DNA of 64,000 nucleotides from Verrucomicrobiota bacterium (GTDB lineage Bacteria; Chlamydiota; Chlamydiia; Chlamydiales; JAAKFR01): NCBI GenBank assembly GCA_018239815.1, contig JAFEGP010000001.1, positions 47,980 to 111,979 of the forward strand, read 5' to 3'. Shown piece by piece: positions 61,300 to 64,000 of this stretch (position 1 is its first letter; each line of letters starts with the position of its first letter). The notes under the pieces were generated by a model. It saw only the letters and a program-made list of their open reading frames with translations, ran no database searches and was not told where the DNA came from. The position numbers and the translations under genes were made by a program.

Positions 61300-62262
61300 A
61301 TGCCATTACTGCTTACAGGTGGAGCCGGATTTATTGGTTCCAATGTTTTAAAATGTCTTAATGATAAAGGTATTGAAGATATCATTGTAGTTGATAATTT
61401 AGGTACAACTGACAAGTGGAAAAATCTAGTTGGAAAGCGTTTTTTAGATGTTCTTCAAAAGTCTGAGCTCTTTACTTGGTTGGCTCAGAAAGAACGTCAG
61501 ATTTCAGCGATTCTTCATTTGGGAGCGTGTTCTTCTACAACAGAACCAGATGCGAATTATCTTCTGGAGAATAACACACATTATAGCATGCAGCTAGCTG
61601 CTTATGCATTAAAACACAATATTCGTTTTATTTATGCTTCGTCAGCAGCAACTTACGGAGATGGTTCTAAGGGCTTTTCTGATGAGCATCAAGTTTTAGG
61701 GCAGTACGAACCTCTCAATATGTATGGTTATAGCAAACATCTATTTGATTTATGGGTGCAAAAACAAGGCCTGCTTGATCGTTTTGTAGGGTTAAAATAT
61801 TTCAATGTATTTGGCCCTAATGAATTTCATAAAGGGAAAATGGCATCTGCTATCTTAAAGATGGTAGTAGATATTCAAAAGCAGGGTAAAATTCATTTGT
61901 TTAAGTCAGATCATCCTTCCTTTGCAGATGGAGAGCAGGTTAGAGATTTTATTTATGTTAAAGATGCAGCAGAAATGACAATTCAATTTCTGAATAATTC
62001 ATTAGCAGGTATTTATAACATTGGAACAGGTCAACCAGTAACGTGGAAAGCGCTTGCTTTGGCAACAATAAAAGGCGTTGACCTGCCAGGCACAATTGAG
62101 TATATCGATATGCCTGTCGAATTACGGGGGAAGTATCAGAGCTACACGTGTGCTCAGATGCATAAGTCCGTGACTGAACAACTATATATGCCTCAATACT
62201 CGCTAGAAGAGGCTGTAATTGAGTATGTGAAGGGTTATGTTTTGCCTAAGCGATGCTTGTAA
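61300..62262 (+). CDS. hldD: ADP-L-glycero-D-manno-heptose 6-epimerase
   Basis: LLLTGGAGFIGSN Rossmann motif, the YGYSK catalytic YxxxK, and a length of ~320 aa. ATG 61300 (RBS gagg) is preferred over GTG 61294. Confidence 0.85.
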   Translation: MPLLLTGGAGFIGSNVLKCLNDKGIEDIIVVDNLGTTDKWKNLVGKRFLDVLQKSELFTWLAQKERQISAILHLGACSSTTEPDANYLLENNTHYSMQLAAYALKHNIRFIYASSAATYGDGSKGFSDEHQVLGQYEPLNMYGYSKHLFDLWVQKQGLLDRFVGLKYFNVFGPNEFHKGKMASAILKMVVDIQKQGKIHLFKSDHPSFADGEQVRDFIYVKDAAEMTIQFLNNSLAGIYNIGTGQPVTWKALALATIKGVDLPGTIEYIDMPVELRGKYQSYTCAQMHKSVTEQLYMPQYSLEEAVIEYVKGYVLPKRCL

Positions 62263-63196
62263 ACAGCTTAAATCTAAAAAGATCCTAGTAGTAGGAGATT
62301 TTATGCTCGATCTCTATACGATTGGGCATGTTAAACGTATTTCTCCTGAAGCGCCAGTTCCTGTTTTGTGTGTCACACACGAACATATGCGAGCAGGCGG
62401 TGCTGGCAATACAGTCTTGAATTTGTTGTCCTTAGGAATGCAAGTCAAGGTGATAGGTCGTATAGGCCCGGATATTTATGGCGAGCATTTACGACGGCAA
62501 TTAGCGGAAGAGGGGGTATGCGTAGAGAATTTAGTCGTAGATCCTTCCTTTATGACCCCTCGTAAAAATAGAATGATGGCAGATCAGCACCAGCTTGTTC
62601 GAGTAGACCATGAGAACCCTATTTCTTTGCATGCAGAGCTAGAAGAACGTTTGTTAGCTCGGCTGCCAAGCCTTGTTAAAGAATGTGATATTGTTGCCAT
62701 TTCTGATTATGCAAAAGGTTTTCTTACACCTAAGTTTTTACAAGCGCTGATTAAATATACAAATGTTCCTGTGATTGTGGATCCAAAAGGTTTGGATTTT
62801 AAAAGATATAGTGGGTCCAGTCTTATCAAACCAAATTTAGCAGAAGCTATTGCAGCAGCAGGTCTAGGGATGGAAGCTAGTTTGGAAGACGTGGCAGAAA
62901 AGTTATTAAGAGACATTAATGTTGAGACACTAGCCATTACGCGCTCGCAAGATGGCATTTCGATTTTTCAAAAAGGACAACCTAGGTGCGATTTCCCAGC
63001 CATTGTGCATCAAGTAAGAGATGTCACAGGAGCAGGTGACACAGTTTTAGCTGTCATGACGGCTGGCCTTGCTAATGGTATGGCCTTGGCAACCACCGCA
63101 CAACTAGCAAATCATGCCGCTGCTATTGCTATTGAAAGGATAGGATGTGCGCGTGTTTCGATAGGGGATTTGGAAAGGCGTGCTCTAGCTATTTGA
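62237..63196 (+). CDS. hldE: D-beta-D-heptose 7-phosphate kinase (RfaE/HldE domain I only, PfkB family)
   Basis: KILVVGDFMLDLY N-terminus and the PfkB motif DVTGAGDTVLAVMTAGLANG. At 319 aa it has the length of the kinase domain alone, with no adenylyltransferase domain. Confidence 0.8.
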   Translation: MFCLSDACKQLKSKKILVVGDFMLDLYTIGHVKRISPEAPVPVLCVTHEHMRAGGAGNTVLNLLSLGMQVKVIGRIGPDIYGEHLRRQLAEEGVCVENLVVDPSFMTPRKNRMMADQHQLVRVDHENPISLHAELEERLLARLPSLVKECDIVAISDYAKGFLTPKFLQALIKYTNVPVIVDPKGLDFKRYSGSSLIKPNLAEAIAAAGLGMEASLEDVAEKLLRDINVETLAITRSQDGISIFQKGQPRCDFPAIVHQVRDVTGAGDTVLAVMTAGLANGMALATTAQLANHAAAIAIERIGCARVSIGDLERRALAI

Positions 63197-63415
63197 AGGA
63201 ATTTCAAAAAGCTTAAGTCGTGCCGTGGCTCCATGCACCAAAACAACGTCTCGTTTAGGAATATTAAAGAAATCAGCGAGTAAGGAGACAACGGCATGAT
63301 TGGCAGCTCCTTTCTCTGCTGCGGCTGTGACTCTTACCTTTAAAATTTCTCCCTCCCATCCCATAACACAATTTTGTTTGGCTCCAGGCGTTACTTTAAC
63401 TGTAATTCTTTTCAT
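63185..63415 (-). CDS. DUF167 (YggU/UPF0235) family protein
   Basis: From ATG 63415, MKRITVKVTPGAKQN......G..LKVRVTAAAEKGAAN.AVVSLLADFF.IPKRDV.LV.G..AR.K fits the YggU pattern. The upstream part of the track ORF is AT-rich junk. Confidence 0.7.
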   Translation of the reverse strand: MKRITVKVTPGAKQNCVMGWEGEILKVRVTAAAEKGAANHAVVSLLADFFNIPKRDVVLVHGATARLKLFEIPSNS

Positions 63416-63505
63416 ATAAATATATGCGATACAAAAATTGCGTTTTTTATAATAATTAAGTTTTAAGTGTATATTTATTGAATAATAATAGCAAGGGGGA
63501 TAACA

Positions 63506-63895
63506 ATGAAACATACAAAAGTGTGTGAGACCCAACAAACTCCATTTTTGCAACTTGAATCACAAATACAACACTTACAAGTAGAGTTAACTTCCTCTAA
63601 TCTTTCTAATAAGGCTCGTGAGTCTTTGCGGCATCGTTTGGCAGCTGCAAATGAGCAATTTAAAGATACAGTAGCAGGGCGTAATTCTGCTCAGCATCTT
63701 GAACGCGTGATAGATGAGATAGATTTCGAGCTTGCTCAGGCTGTGATTGAACAAGCGGAACATGAGATCCCAAAGCAAAAACAGTCGGATTCAAAATTTC
63801 AGGCTATTGAACACATTAAAGCGCAATTAGTAAGCGGCAATATTACGACAACAAAAGCTCGTCGTGACGTTAAAAACATCATGCGACACGACTAA
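63506..63895 (+). CDS. Hypothetical small coiled-coil protein
   Basis: 129-aa ORF, charged and helical (LQLESQIQHLQVELTSS..., IDEIDFELAQAVIEQAEHEI). No motif recognised. Confidence 0.4.
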   Translation: MKHTKVCETQQTPFLQLESQIQHLQVELTSSNLSNKARESLRHRLAAANEQFKDTVAGRNSAQHLERVIDEIDFELAQAVIEQAEHEIPKQKQSDSKFQAIEHIKAQLVSGNITTTKARRDVKNIMRHD

Positions 63896-63908
63896 GAGGA
63901 TTACTACT

Positions 63909-64000
63909 GTGTCAACTATTGGTTCTGATAGCCCTAGCCCTTTGACTCCCTCAGGTCAGCCTATTTCTAATATTAATACGACTCCTGCTCAACTACAGCA
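63909..64000 (+). CDS. 5' end of an ORF (Ser/Thr/Pro-rich N-terminus) that runs off the window
   Basis: GTG 63909 lies 9 nt after aagagga. It reads MSTIGSDSPSPLTPSGQPISNINTTPAQLQ... with no stop to the window end. Confidence 0.25.
   Translation, partial: MSTIGSDSPSPLTPSGQPISNINTTPAQLQ

Overview
This 64-kb, gene-dense window looks like a chromosome segment from an environmental, amoeba-associated member of the Chlamydiae (Parachlamydiaceae-like). That assignment is inferred from gene content and from gene order recalled from Chlamydiaceae; no search was run. The backbone is housekeeping blocks: brnQ; cysJ-like/rpsJ/fusA/rpsG/rpsL; scpB-scpA; tsp; rplU-rpmA-obg next to a metal ABC importer; ribE/nrdR-dksA-lspA; two RNA methyltransferases; gmhA-lpxK-gltT-sucB; icd; kdsD; glyA-clpP-dapF; glgA; prs; rplY-pth-rpsF-rpsR-rplI-ispE; hldD-hldE. 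The ORF track misses four RNA genes: tRNA-Phe(GAA), tRNA-Ser(GGA), tRNA-Gln(UUG) and RNase P RNA (rnpB, about 51178-51533). Accessory, apparently host-interaction genes sit between these blocks. (1) A 1066-aa coiled-coil protein with two formin-FH1-like polyproline blocks (57718-60918) is my top candidate for a novel actin/profilin-targeting effector. (2) A three-gene minus-strand operon (8285-13777) encodes a 726-aa protein with a nucleotidyltransferase-like G..DSDID motif, a cysteine-containing LRR protein with a weak F-box-like N-terminus, and a 765-aa orphan. (3) A 771-aa LRR protein with a duplicated head domain lies between dapF and a CT429-like gene. (4) Several small proteins with bilobed hydrophobic domains (Inc-like) lie in AT-rich DNA, including a tandem paralog pair at 35468-36420. 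Other points: a frameshifted AAA-ATPase remnant near tRNA-Phe, a perfect 12-bp hairpin between rpsL and rpsG, a roughly 200-nt leader upstream of rplU, a prs start codon that abuts the tRNA-Gln 3' end, and a 994-aa fusion of a family-5 solute-binding domain with no signal peptide. I saw no CRISPR array, rRNA, transposase or IS element. All functional calls rest on motifs read from the translations and on remembered family signatures, and start codons are often ambiguous.
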